Below, piece after piece: positions 1-9,525 of a DNA stretch of 64,000 nt. The translations under genes and the position numbers were made by a program. The stretch lies in the NCBI RefSeq assembly GCF_947301925.1, contig NZ_CAMYUE010000002.1:190131-254130 (forward strand). Reading direction: 5' to 3'. Each line of letters begins with the position of its first letter. Position 1 is the first letter of the stretch. The notes beneath the pieces are model-generated. The model did no database searches. It was not told where the DNA came from and saw nothing but the letters and a program-made list of their open reading frames with translations. The stretch is from an uncultured Ruminococcus sp. GTDB lineage: Bacteria > Bacillota > Clostridia > Oscillospirales > Ruminococcaceae.

Positions 1-25
1 GCAGGTCTTCATGCGATCCAACATA

Positions 26-337
26 TCAAAGCTCTTCAGCTTCTTCCTCAGCGGCTTCCACGGCAGACTCAGTCTCCATTATAGCCAGCTGTCTCTCGTA
101 AGCTTCAAGAATATTCTCCTCAAAGAGCTTTCTTGCGGCAGGAGAAATGGGATGAACAATATCACGGAAAACTCCGTTCTCGTCCTTGCGGCTGGGCATT
201 GCCACGAACAGCCTCTCATCTCCCTGTACGACTTTGATATCATGTACGGCGAACATATCGTCGATAGTAAGGGATACTACCGCTCTGAGCCTGCCATCGG
301 ACATGATCTTTCTGATCTTTACATCTGTAATTTCCAT
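26..337 (-). CDS. spoVG: Septation/sporulation regulator SpoVG
   Basis: 103-aa ORF. The N-terminus MEITDVKIRKI...GRLRAVVSLTIDDMFAVHDIKVV is the conserved SpoVG signature, followed by an acidic C-tail. Confidence 0.9.
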   Translation of the reverse strand: MEITDVKIRKIMSDGRLRAVVSLTIDDMFAVHDIKVVQGDERLFVAMPSRKDENGVFRDIVHPISPAARKLFEENILEAYERQLAIMETESAVEAAEEEAEEL

Positions 338-593
338 AGTTCTTCCTCCTTAATAAATAGTGTGACTCATGGGTTACGCGCTGAAAAAATTATATCTTTT
401 TCTCAGCCATTTCAGCGAACAGTAAACCTGTAAACTATTATAGCGCATATTTTGTAAAAATGCAAGCTATTTTTTGCAAGTTATAAGAAAAAATTATAAT
501 TATTTGTTTTTCTGCTTATTGTCAGGCCGCTCAGAAGCGGTCTGCTGATATAAGTCCTGTCCCTTCAGGACCATTCTATTCATTCAAAGAAAG

Positions 594-2018
594 GTGATCA
601 TTTTGGATATCAACATATTAAAGGGCAAAAAGCACATTCACTTCATTGGCATAGGCGGTTCGGGTATGTACCCCCTGGCACAGATCCTTCACTCACAGGG
701 CTACTACCTGACAGGCTCGGACAACAACGAGACCGAGACTCTCGACGCCGTCAGAAAAATGGGCATTCCCGTTTTCATCGGTCAGAGAGCAGAGAATATC
801 GAAGGCGCAGACCTCATCGTCCACACAGCCGCCATTATGGCCGACAACCCCGAGCTCATGGCCGCAAGAGCCAGCGGAGTCCCGGTGCTGGAGCGTGCTG
901 ACCTCCTGGGTATCGTAACGAGCTGGTACGACAACGCTATCTGCGTTTCGGGCACTCACGGCAAGACCTCCACTACCTCTATGATCACTCAGATACTCTT
1001 TACCGCAGGCGTTGACCTCTCCGCTTATATCGGCGGCAAGCTCCCCTGCATAGGCGGAAGCGGCGTTGCAGGCAAAAGCGACATCATGGTATGCGAGTCC
1101 TGCGAATTCGAGGATCACTTCCTCAAATTCTTCCCCGATATATCCGTTATACTCAACATCGACGCAGATCACCTTGACTACTTCGGCACCCTCGAAAATA
1201 TCATCAAGTCATTCCGTAAGTTCAACGAGAACACCTCAAAGTGCATTATCGTCAACGGCTCCGACGAGAACTCAATGAAGTCGCTTGAGGGTATCAGCGG
1301 CAAGGAGATAATCACCTTCGGCAGGGACAGCTCCTGCGACTATTATCCCGAGAACGTAAAGCACGAGAACGGCCTCCTCACCACCTACGACGCCATGTAC
1401 AAGGGCGAAAAGCTGGGAACTGTGACTCTCCATGTGGCAGGTATCCACAATGTGCTCAACTCCCTTGCAGCCATTGCGGCTTCACGCTATGTGGGCGTTG
1501 ATTTCAGGTTCATACAGAAGGGCCTTGAGGACTTCCGCGGCGCCAAGCGCCGTTTCGAGAAGCTGGGCTTTGAAAAGGGTATAACCGTAGTTGATGACTA
1601 CGCCCACCACCCCACAGAACTGGAAGCTACTCTCAATGCCGCCATGGAGATGAACTTCAATCATGTATGGGCAGTATTCCAGCCCTTCACCTTCTCCCGT
1701 ACAAAGCTGCTGCTGGACGACTTCGCAAGGGTGCTTCAGATCCCCGATCACGCCGTGCTCACGGATATAATGGGAAGCCGCGAGAAGAACACCTACGGCA
1801 TCTTCACACGTCACCTTGCGGAAAAGATACCGGGCTGCATATGGTTCCCCCAGGACGAGTCCGCAGAATGGACCGACGAGAGAAAATACGCAAACTTTGA
1901 GCAGATATGCGACTATGTATGCGAGCACGCTCAGGAGGGAGATCTGGTCATCACTCTGGGCTGCGGCGACGCCTACAAGATCGCTAAAATGATACTGAAA
2001 AAGCTTTCGGAGGAATAA
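594..2018 (+). CDS. murC: UDP-N-acetylmuramate--L-alanine ligase
   Basis: 474 aa with the N-terminal GIGGSGM dinucleotide fold, Mur-ligase P-loop GTHGKTSTTSM, DADHLDYF and C-terminal DDYAHHP motifs. GTG start. Confidence 0.93.
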   Translation: MIILDINILKGKKHIHFIGIGGSGMYPLAQILHSQGYYLTGSDNNETETLDAVRKMGIPVFIGQRAENIEGADLIVHTAAIMADNPELMAARASGVPVLERADLLGIVTSWYDNAICVSGTHGKTSTTSMITQILFTAGVDLSAYIGGKLPCIGGSGVAGKSDIMVCESCEFEDHFLKFFPDISVILNIDADHLDYFGTLENIIKSFRKFNENTSKCIIVNGSDENSMKSLEGISGKEIITFGRDSSCDYYPENVKHENGLLTTYDAMYKGEKLGTVTLHVAGIHNVLNSLAAIAASRYVGVDFRFIQKGLEDFRGAKRRFEKLGFEKGITVVDDYAHHPTELEATLNAAMEMNFNHVWAVFQPFTFSRTKLLLDDFARVLQIPDHAVLTDIMGSREKNTYGIFTRHLAEKIPGCIWFPQDESAEWTDERKYANFEQICDYVCEHAQEGDLVITLGCGDAYKIAKMILKKLSEE

Positions 2019-2021
2019 GCT

Positions 2022-2603
2022 ATGCTGAAAGATAAAGAAATCGCTGTCTTCAACTATATCAAGTCCCGTCTCAGCGACGGTATGTCCCCTTCTGTAAGAG
2101 AGATCATGGACGCTATGGGCTTCAAGTCCACGTCCACGGCTCACAGATACATAGAGACCCTTGTCCGCGAGGGACTTATCGAAAAGACAGGCAACCTCAA
2201 CCGCACCCTGCACCTCCCCAACAGCGGAACTACCTCTGTTCCCGTTATGGGTACGGTCACTGCGGGCAGGCCTATCACCGCAGTGGAGGATATAACAGGC
2301 TATATCGGCTTTGAAGCTCCAGGCGTGGATCCCCAGGAGCTCTTCGCCCTGAAGATACGCGGCGAGAGCATGATCGACGCAGGTATCCTTGACGGTGATA
2401 TCGTTATCGTCAAGCGTGTGAACTACGCAGAGAACGGCGATATCGTCGTTGCCTTCATCGACCGCGAGGAAGCTACGGTAAAGCGCTTCTTCAAGGAGAA
2501 GGGACACTACCGTCTCCAGCCCGAAAATCCCACAATGGATCCCATTATCGTGGACGAGGTGGAGGTGCTGGGCAAGGTCATAGGTCTGAAGCGCTACTAT
2601 TGA
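2022..2603 (+). CDS. lexA: LexA repressor (S24 peptidase)
   Basis: 193 aa with an N-terminal winged HTH (SVREIMDAMGFKSTSTAHRYIETLVREGLIEK), a VTAGRPI cleavage region, the Ser motif GESMIDAGI and the Lys motif VKRF. It starts 4 nt after the murC stop. Confidence 0.92.
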   Translation: MLKDKEIAVFNYIKSRLSDGMSPSVREIMDAMGFKSTSTAHRYIETLVREGLIEKTGNLNRTLHLPNSGTTSVPVMGTVTAGRPITAVEDITGYIGFEAPGVDPQELFALKIRGESMIDAGILDGDIVIVKRVNYAENGDIVVAFIDREEATVKRFFKEKGHYRLQPENPTMDPIIVDEVEVLGKVIGLKRYY

Positions 2604-2627
2604 CGGCTGCCCGTTGATATGTGAAAC

Positions 2628-3518
2628 ATGGCTATGAAAAGATTCGTAAGGATATTCGGCGTACTGGCTGTGCTGCTGACGGCTGCTCTCCTTGCCGGCT
2701 GTCATGCAATGTACCCCATTACGGTAAATGTCAGCGGCAGCAGCATCGACGATGAATTTGTAGATATCCTCCTTCCCATAGATGAGGACGATACCAATTA
2801 CCTTATGATAAGCGGCGAGGCAGGATATGTCCTCAATATGGAAGACACCGGCGTAATGCGCACGGAGCTGTACAGCTACTGTGACGGCGGCTACAGAAGT
2901 ATGCTTATCCATCACGAGCTGTCCGATTACAGGATAACCCACGGCAGCAATACCGCCGAGGTAAATCTGTACCTCAACGGCCGGAAGGATTTCACGGAGA
3001 TGTGCGATAAATACCGCACTTTCAAAATAGCACTTGTCGACAGGAACGGAAATATCCTCGATGTTTCGGAGAAGTTCGATCTCAGCACATACAAGGGCGT
3101 ATACGTCGATAAGATAAACTACGACCGCAGCACAGGCAGATTTGATGTGAGTTATCTGTACAACAGATCGTTACTCATAGCGGTGACCGAGGCCGCAGCA
3201 GAGACTGCAATGCTGGCGATCCCCATGATAGCCGTACTCGGACTTGCGGCAATTATCATCATCAGAACGAAGGAAAAAGGCAATATACCAAATATCGCCC
3301 ACAGTCTGCTGTTTCTGATACCGCTGCTCCCACTTGTCCTGTATATCGTTATACGCATTGACTACGCCGTAAAGACCGCCGCTCCCCTGTCGGAGGCGTG
3401 GACGGACTTCACCGCCCTCAGCGGCGGAAATATCCTCATGGCGGCATACCGACTGCTGCCCGTTCCCATATTCATCGCCGTAACGGTTTGGGCAGCGATA
3501 AACAGGAAAAAACAATGA
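2628..3518 (+). CDS. Lipoprotein with C-terminal multi-TM region, function unknown
   Basis: Signal peptide with lipobox LLAGC, an extracytoplasmic domain of about 170 aa, then 3-4 hydrophobic helices. No family recognised. Confidence 0.6.
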   Translation: MAMKRFVRIFGVLAVLLTAALLAGCHAMYPITVNVSGSSIDDEFVDILLPIDEDDTNYLMISGEAGYVLNMEDTGVMRTELYSYCDGGYRSMLIHHELSDYRITHGSNTAEVNLYLNGRKDFTEMCDKYRTFKIALVDRNGNILDVSEKFDLSTYKGVYVDKINYDRSTGRFDVSYLYNRSLLIAVTEAAAETAMLAIPMIAVLGLAAIIIIRTKEKGNIPNIAHSLLFLIPLLPLVLYIVIRIDYAVKTAAPLSEAWTDFTALSGGNILMAAYRLLPVPIFIAVTVWAAINRKKQ

Positions 3519-3706
3519 TCCCTGCACGAGCAGCCCCACAGGACTTACAGGCATAATAAGCACAGCCCCCGATCTACAGGTAAAACTGCTTGTATCCGCT
3601 GTGCTGAGTAAAAAAATAAAAAATTTTTAAAAACCTCTTCCATTCTTATAAAAAATAGTGTATAATGTAAGGTGGTAAAAAATTCGCCACAGAAAGGACG
3701 ATACAA

Positions 3707-4069
3707 ATGCTTAATGAAGTAAAGGTCATAATCTGCGGTAAGGAGTACAAGATCAAGACCGCTGAAGCTCCCAATTACGTTTTTGCCCTGGCAAGAGCGC
3801 TGGAAACAAAGATAAACGAGATCACTTCAGCAAACGGTTCTTCTCCCTACGCAGCTTCCATAATGGTGTCGATGGCTCTCCTCGACGACCTCAACAAGGC
3901 TAATCAGCGCCTTGACAATATCCGCGACCAGACAAAGGAATATGTGGACGAGGCAGGCAGGACACGCATCGAGCGCGACGCTGCACAGAAGGAGATCGAG
4001 GTGCTCAAGTCCAAGATCGTTCAGCTTGAGAATATGGTCAAGCTCAAGCAGCTCAGCGACAGTATTTAA
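3707..4069 (+). CDS. zapA: Cell division protein ZapA
   Basis: 120 aa. The N-terminal VIICGKEYKIKT...YASIMVSMALLDDL pattern plus a C-terminal coiled coil is typical of ZapA. Its stop overlaps the next start (TAATG). Confidence 0.8.
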   Translation: MLNEVKVIICGKEYKIKTAEAPNYVFALARALETKINEITSANGSSPYAASIMVSMALLDDLNKANQRLDNIRDQTKEYVDEAGRTRIERDAAQKEIEVLKSKIVQLENMVKLKQLSDSI

Positions 4070-6102
4070 TGAAGCAAACGGAGATACTCGCCCCCGCAGG
4101 AAGCATGGAGACTCTCCGTGCCGCCCTGAGATCGGGTGCGCAGGCCGTCTACATAGGTGGAAAACGCTTCTCTGCCAGAAGCAGTGCCGCCAATTTCTCC
4201 ATGGAGGAGATAGCAGAGGCCGCAGAGCTCTGCCACAGATACGGTGCAAAGCTTGACCTGGCAGTAAATACCGTTATTTCCGACGGCGAGGCCGCAGACT
4301 TCTGCGAATATATAAGGGCTGCCGCCAAAAACGGCGTGGACGCCTTTATCGTTCAGGACTGGGGCTGCGCGGAGCTCATACGCCGCTGTGTGCCCGACGC
4401 CGTTCTTCACGGCTCCACACAGATGTCGGTGCATACCGCCGCAGGCGCTTCCCTGCTCCGTGAGCTGGGCTACGCAAGAGTGGTCCCTGCAAGGGAGCTG
4501 GACAGGAACACTATTTCCCGTATATGTGACACGGGTATAGAGACCGAGATATTCGTACACGGTGCGCTGTGTATGTCAGTCTCGGGTCAGTGCTATATGT
4601 CGGCCATGATAGGCTCCCGCTCCGCCAACCGCGGATGCTGCGGACAGGCCTGCAGGCTGCCGTTTTCTGCTTTGGGAAATAAGGACAGAGCCGCACTTTC
4701 ACTGAAGGATCTCTCCCTCCTGCCAAGGGCAAGGGAGCTTGCGGACATGGGCGTGGATTCCTTCAAGATAGAGGGGCGTATGAAGCGTCCCGAGTATGTG
4801 GCGTCGGCCGTACACGAACTGAAAACCGCACTTGAGGGCGGTATCCCCGATATGAAGCTCCTCCGCGGAGTTTTCTCCCGAAGCGGCTTTACGGACGGCT
4901 ATTTTACAGGCAAAAGAAATGATATGTTCGGCGTCCGCGAAAAAGACGATGTCATCGCCGCCAGTGAGCTCATTCCAAAGATACATGAGCTTTACCGCTT
5001 TGAGCGGAAGGCGTATACCGCTGACTTCCATGCCGTCATAAAAGCGGGACAGCCCGTTGTGATAACCGCTGTATGCGGTGATCTGTCGGCTTCCGCACAG
5101 GGAGACGTCCCCGAAAAGGCCATGAACCGTCCCACTGATGAGGAGGGGCTGAAAAAGCAGCTCTCAAAGCTGGGAGATACGGTATTCACATTCGGCACTC
5201 TCTCCGCAGACATAGATGAGGGGCTCATAGTCCCCGCCGGAAAGCTCAACGAGCTCCGCCGACAGGTGACGGAAAGGCTGACAGCTCTCATCATAAAAAG
5301 CAATACTCCCGTATATACCGTTACGGACTACTTTCCTGCAGCAGATACGGACGCGATACATAAAGACGCGGAAAAGCTTCCGCTGAGGACATTCTGCCGT
5401 ACCGCTCAGCAGGCCATAGCCGCCGCAGAGCTTTCGCAGTACGTCATAGTTCCAGAGGAGCTGATTAATGAGGAACTTCTCGGCGCCGTGGACGCTGAAA
5501 GGATCATCGCCTCTCCCCCTCGGTTCATCACCGACGAGGACGGCCTTACAGACAGGCTGCAAAAGCTGAAAGCTATGGGCGTGAACAGGCTTTACTGCCA
5601 CACTCCCGACTCTCTTGCCATTGGCAGAAGTCTTGGCATGAAGCTTCACGGCAGCTTCACGCTGAATGCGTTCAACTCCTTCAGCGCTGAGTACCTGCGC
5701 GGACTTGGTCTTGAAGACTGCGTCTTCTCCGTGGAGGCCACACTCGAACAGACAGGTGCAGTCCGCACGGAGCTTCCGCTGGGAGCCGTTGTTTACGGCA
5801 GACTTCCCCTTATGCTCACAAGGAACTGTCCCATACGCAATGAGGCGGGCTGCGGAAGATGTACAAAAAAGCTCACCGACCGCACGGGCAGAGAGCTTCC
5901 CGTCATATGCTCAAAGGACTATACCGAGATCCTCAATCCCGACAGGATATATATGTTTGACAGGCTCGGTGAGATACATAATATCGCCTTCGGAGTGGTA
6001 TACCTCTCTGACGAGGACGCCGAAGACACACGAAACGCCCTTACAGGGCGCAAGCCGCAGGGAAACATCACCCGCGGACTATACTACAGAGGTATCCTAT
6101 AA
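4069..6102 (+). CDS. U32-family protein (collagenase-like peptidase / RNA or quinone hydroxylase family), long form
   Basis: 677 aa with the U32 signature EIFVHGALCMSVSGQCYMS and RSANRGCCGQACRLPF, plus an extra C-terminal Cys cluster NCPIRNEAGCGRC. Confidence 0.85.
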   Translation: MKQTEILAPAGSMETLRAALRSGAQAVYIGGKRFSARSSAANFSMEEIAEAAELCHRYGAKLDLAVNTVISDGEAADFCEYIRAAAKNGVDAFIVQDWGCAELIRRCVPDAVLHGSTQMSVHTAAGASLLRELGYARVVPARELDRNTISRICDTGIETEIFVHGALCMSVSGQCYMSAMIGSRSANRGCCGQACRLPFSALGNKDRAALSLKDLSLLPRARELADMGVDSFKIEGRMKRPEYVASAVHELKTALEGGIPDMKLLRGVFSRSGFTDGYFTGKRNDMFGVREKDDVIAASELIPKIHELYRFERKAYTADFHAVIKAGQPVVITAVCGDLSASAQGDVPEKAMNRPTDEEGLKKQLSKLGDTVFTFGTLSADIDEGLIVPAGKLNELRRQVTERLTALIIKSNTPVYTVTDYFPAADTDAIHKDAEKLPLRTFCRTAQQAIAAAELSQYVIVPEELINEELLGAVDAERIIASPPRFITDEDGLTDRLQKLKAMGVNRLYCHTPDSLAIGRSLGMKLHGSFTLNAFNSFSAEYLRGLGLEDCVFSVEATLEQTGAVRTELPLGAVVYGRLPLMLTRNCPIRNEAGCGRCTKKLTDRTGRELPVICSKDYTEILNPDRIYMFDRLGEIHNIAFGVVYLSDEDAEDTRNALTGRKPQGNITRGLYYRGIL

Positions 6103-6539
6103 TGAAACTGACTTTCAAAAAGCTGGACCCGCGGGCCGTTATCCCGTCAAGGGCAACTGCGGGAAGCGCAGGCCTCGACCTGTGCGCCTGTCTGGACGCT
6201 CCCGTAATTCTTGAGCCGGGAGATATAAAAATGATCCCCATAGGCATAACCGCTCAGCCCGATTCGGACGATATCGCACTGCTCATCTATCCCCGCTCGG
6301 GACTCTCCTCAAAGTTCGGAGTTTCCCTTGCAAACTGCGTGGGCGTAGTGGACAGCGATTACCGCGGCGCATGGTTCGTGCCCCTTATAAATCACGGCAG
6401 AGAGCCCTTTACCGTTGAACACGGTATGCGCATTGCTCAGCTGATACCTACCCGTATATTAATGCCCGATATAGAAGTGAGCGACGGCCTCTCCGAAACG
6501 GAAAGAGGCAAAGGCGGCTTCGGTTCGTCGGGTATATGA
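6102..6539 (+). CDS. dut: dUTP diphosphatase
   Basis: 145 aa with dUTPase motifs AGSAGLDL, YPRSG, GVVDSDYRG and RGKGGFGSSG. The start overlaps the U32 stop by 1 nt. Confidence 0.9.
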   Translation: MKLTFKKLDPRAVIPSRATAGSAGLDLCACLDAPVILEPGDIKMIPIGITAQPDSDDIALLIYPRSGLSSKFGVSLANCVGVVDSDYRGAWFVPLINHGREPFTVEHGMRIAQLIPTRILMPDIEVSDGLSETERGKGGFGSSGI

Positions 6540-6575
6540 TAAATATGCTATATAACAAAAGATAGGAGATCAATC

Positions 6576-6839
6576 ATGAAAAAAACACTCTATTTTCTGC
6601 TTCTTTTAATCTGTGCCTGCGTCCTGGGCGGCGTTATCGCAAACGGTGCTTCGGGCTCGTTTTCATGGCTTGGCTGGTCAAGGGGCATCTCCCTCTCGCC
6701 CAGCACCTTCTCAACGGATATCATATCCCTTACCTTCGGCTTTGCTCTCAGCATAAGCGTTGCACAGGTGATATGCATAGCAGTTGCGATATACATATAT
6801 ATCAAGACCGTTGGAAAGGTTTGCCCCGACGGCAAATGA
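6576..6839 (+). CDS. Small two-TM membrane protein (possibly DUF4321-like)
   Basis: 87 aa with two hydrophobic helices and a good RBS (AGGAGA). Family assignment is from memory of the gene neighbourhood only. Confidence 0.5.
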   Translation: MKKTLYFLLLLICACVLGGVIANGASGSFSWLGWSRGISLSPSTFSTDIISLTFGFALSISVAQVICIAVAIYIYIKTVGKVCPDGK

Positions 6840-6941
6840 TCCGTTATTGTATTTTTTGACAGTTTTTTATCACCCTGCGCCCCTTCAGTTTCCGTATTAT
6901 ACTAATTTTTCCGCACATCTGCAAATCCCTGCGGAATAAAC

Positions 6942-6970
6942 TTGTACATATCCCGCCTTGGTGATATAAT
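6942..6970 (+). promoter_or_regulatory. Sigma-A type promoter for the mreBCD-PBP2 operon
   Basis: TTGTAC, a 17-nt spacer, then TATAAT with an extended TG (TGATATAAT), about 40 nt upstream of the mreB ATG. Confidence 0.6.
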
Positions 6971-7010
6971 ATGATAAGTACGATAACAGCATAAATTAAG
7001 GAGCTTCAAA

Positions 7011-8027
7011 ATGTTTACAAAAGATATTGGCATTGATTTGGGAACTGCCAACACCCTTGTATATATGAGGGGAAAGGGCATAATAATAAGAGAGCCTTCG
7101 GTAGTTGCCGTAAATACCAGAACAGATAAATGCCGCTATGTCGGCAAGGAGGCAAAGGACGTCATCGGCAGGACCCCCGGTTCCATCGTTGCCGTAAGAC
7201 CTCTGAAGGACGGCGTTATCGCCGACTTCGACATAGCCACCACCATGCTTCAGGAATTCATCAGGAAGGCACTGAAGGGCACTCTCTTCACAAAGGCTAA
7301 CGTTATAATCTGTATCCCTTCGGGCGTTACGGCTGTCGAGAGGCGTGCGGTGCGCGAATCCTGCAAGAAGGCAGGCGCCAACAACGTCCTCATCATCGAG
7401 GAGCCCATGGCTGCCGCTATCGGCGCAGGTCTCCCCACAAACGAGCCCGCGGGAAGCATGATAGTTGATATCGGCGGCGGCACCAGCGAGGTTGCTGTCA
7501 TATCCATGGGCGGCATAGTTGCCTCACGCTCGGTAAGATGTGCAGGCGATGAGTTCGACGCGGCTATCATCAACTATATCAAGAAGAAGTACAACCTCCT
7601 CATAGGCGAAAGGACTGCCGAGAACATCAAGCTGGATATCGGCTCTGCCTTCCCCAGCGAGAAGGAGGAATCACAGGAGATAAAGGGCAGAAACCTCCTC
7701 AACGGACTCCCCGAGAATATCACCGTTACCTCAGCCGAGATACGCGACGCCCTCGTTGAGCCCCTTTCAAGAGTCATTGACGCTATCAAGTCCACTCTTG
7801 AGGAAACTCCCCCCGAGCTCTCCGCAGATATCATAGATCACGGCATCACCCTTGCAGGCGGCGGCGCTCTGCTCCGCGGCCTTGACAAGCTCATAAACCG
7901 CGAAACAGGTATGCCCGTTTATATCGCCGAGTACCCCCTGGACTGCGTTGCCGAGGGTACGGGAAAGATACTGGAGAATATCAGCGATTATCAGGACGCT
8001 CTCACCGAAAACGTCAAGTACTATTAA
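7011..8027 (+). CDS. mreB: Rod shape-determining protein MreB
   Basis: 338 aa with actin-fold motifs [20 protein letters not shown] and [12 protein letters not shown]. Confidence 0.95.
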   Translation: MFTKDIGIDLGTANTLVYMRGKGIIIREPSVVAVNTRTDKCRYVGKEAKDVIGRTPGSIVAVRPLKDGVIADFDIATTMLQEFIRKALKGTLFTKANVIICIPSGVTAVERRAVRESCKKAGANNVLIIEEPMAAAIGAGLPTNEPAGSMIVDIGGGTSEVAVISMGGIVASRSVRCAGDEFDAAIINYIKKKYNLLIGERTAENIKLDIGSAFPSEKEESQEIKGRNLLNGLPENITVTSAEIRDALVEPLSRVIDAIKSTLEETPPELSADIIDHGITLAGGGALLRGLDKLINRETGMPVYIAEYPLDCVAEGTGKILENISDYQDALTENVKYY

Positions 8028-8038
8028 GGAGGAGCGCC

Positions 8039-8905
8039 ATGCGTGATTTCTTAAAAAGCACCAGATTCAAGATATTGCTGGGCTTTCTCGCCTTCCTTGT
8101 GGGCATTATGATATACGCTGTCACCAAGGGCGGATATTCCGTTTCGGGAGCTTCCTTCATAAACACCATAACCAAGCCCTTCCGCTCTGCCTCAAACGGC
8201 ATTAGCATGAAGATGGAGGGCACGGTGGATAAGCTCTCCAATGCTGACAAATACTATGAGGAGAACCAGAAGCTCAAGAAGCAGATCGGCGAGCTCAATG
8301 CACAGCTCACGGAATACGACGCCATAAAGGCCGAGGTGGAGGAGCTCCGCAAGTTCGTCTCCATAAAGGAGGAGCACGAGGACTATATGCTCTCCCAGCC
8401 CTGCAAGGTACTGGGCTATGTGACCAACGATCCATTCAAGTCCTTCACTATCGACAGGGGCTCTGCCGACGGGATAAAGGTCAACTGTCCCGTTGTTACC
8501 GCAGAGGGTCTGGTAGGCATAACCGTTGAGGTCTCCGAGCACGTCTCAACCGTAAGGACCATACTCTCCCCCGACCTCTCCGTAGCTGCAATGGCTTCGT
8601 CCTCCAGCGCGGATCAGGGCATTATCGAGGGCAGTGTGCTGGCATCGGAAAACGGCCGCACCAGACTGATACACGTTCCCAAGAAGAACAAGCTCAAGCG
8701 CGGCGACCTTATGATAACCACGGGCACCAGCGGCCTCTTCCCCAAGGATTACCCCATAGGCACCATACTGGATATCGGTATCGACTCCAACGGTCTGTCG
8801 GTATGCGCCGATATACAGCCATGCGTCGATGTCAACCGTCTTACCTCTGTTATCGTCATCACCGATTTCAGCGGCAAGAAGGAGGAAGATAAGGATGAGG
8901 ATTAG
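8039..8905 (+). CDS. mreC: Rod shape-determining protein MreC
   Basis: 288 aa with an N-terminal TM, a coiled coil (ENQKLKKQIGELNAQL) and a beta-barrel domain (GLVGITVEV). Positioned between mreB and mreD. Confidence 0.9.
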   Translation: MRDFLKSTRFKILLGFLAFLVGIMIYAVTKGGYSVSGASFINTITKPFRSASNGISMKMEGTVDKLSNADKYYEENQKLKKQIGELNAQLTEYDAIKAEVEELRKFVSIKEEHEDYMLSQPCKVLGYVTNDPFKSFTIDRGSADGIKVNCPVVTAEGLVGITVEVSEHVSTVRTILSPDLSVAAMASSSSADQGIIEGSVLASENGRTRLIHVPKKNKLKRGDLMITTGTSGLFPKDYPIGTILDIGIDSNGLSVCADIQPCVDVNRLTSVIVITDFSGKKEEDKDED

Positions 8906-9473
8906 AACTACCCGTGAGCAGCGTATTTTCCGCTTCAAGACCACTCTCAGGTGGATAATATACTATCTGCTCATATTCATAAGCTTCATCATTATGACCT
9001 CGGGCACTCTTTACAAGCCCGTGATACTTGTCCCACTGGCTGTAGGCATTGCAATAAACAACAATATCTACGCCTCAGCCGTAACAGGAGCCATATGCGG
9101 CTTCCTCATCGATATATGCTGCGGTAAGCTCTTCGGCTATAACGCCGTGATACTGGCATTCTTCTGTATCGCCGCAAATCTGGTCTTTGAGCTCTACCTG
9201 AAGGACAGGTTCATAAACTACTTCATCATCACCGCTGCGGCTTCATTCCTCCAGTGCTGGCTGGACTACAAGTTCTATTACCAGATCTGGGGATATGAGA
9301 ACGTGGGCAGGATATTCAGGAAGGTATCCCTGAAAATATGGATATATACCGTGATATCCTCAGTATTCGTGTTCCTTGTGCTGAAGCTGGTGAACCGTCT
9401 CCTCATGCCCCGTGAGCACCTCACTATCGAGGAGGCCATAAATACCAATATACAATCGGAAAACAGACGATAA
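8895..9473 (+). CDS. mreD: Rod shape-determining protein MreD
   Basis: Polytopic membrane protein directly after mreC. I chose the internal ATG (codon 23 of track ORF 8829..9473), which is preceded by GGAGGAAGATAAGG. Confidence 0.75.
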   Translation: MRIRTTREQRIFRFKTTLRWIIYYLLIFISFIIMTSGTLYKPVILVPLAVGIAINNNIYASAVTGAICGFLIDICCGKLFGYNAVILAFFCIAANLVFELYLKDRFINYFIITAAASFLQCWLDYKFYYQIWGYENVGRIFRKVSLKIWIYTVISSVFVFLVLKLVNRLLMPREHLTIEEAINTNIQSENRR

Positions 9474-9525
9474 ACTCACCGACCGCACAGCAACGTGCGG
9501 TCATAATCATAAAGGAGGCAGACTT

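Noticed and set aside
11-433. 140-aa + strand ORF at the window start
   Set aside because: It is antisense to the clearly recognisable spoVG and has no motif support.
1482-2942. 486-aa ORF on the - strand spanning murC, lexA and the next gene
   Set aside because: It is antisense to three + strand genes that have unambiguous family motifs. The translation is low-complexity (Val/Ala/Gly/His-rich) with no recognisable domain or RBS, so it is a shadow ORF typical of G+C-rich coding DNA. The same applies to 10867..11796, 12963..13754, 17524..18621, 19981..21138, 24667..25599, 30377..31300, 34763..35344, 57541..58563 and 59922..60704.
8829-8894. Upstream extensions of track ORFs (mreD from 8829, YfhO from 31681, Tex from 37498, rfbC from 60908, acyltransferase from 62879, M23 peptidase from 12852, esterase lipoprotein from 43408)
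   Set aside because: In each case an internal start has a properly spaced AGGAGG-like RBS and/or restores a normal N-terminus (signal peptide or conserved family start). The extension overlaps the upstream gene or encodes Arg-rich junk.
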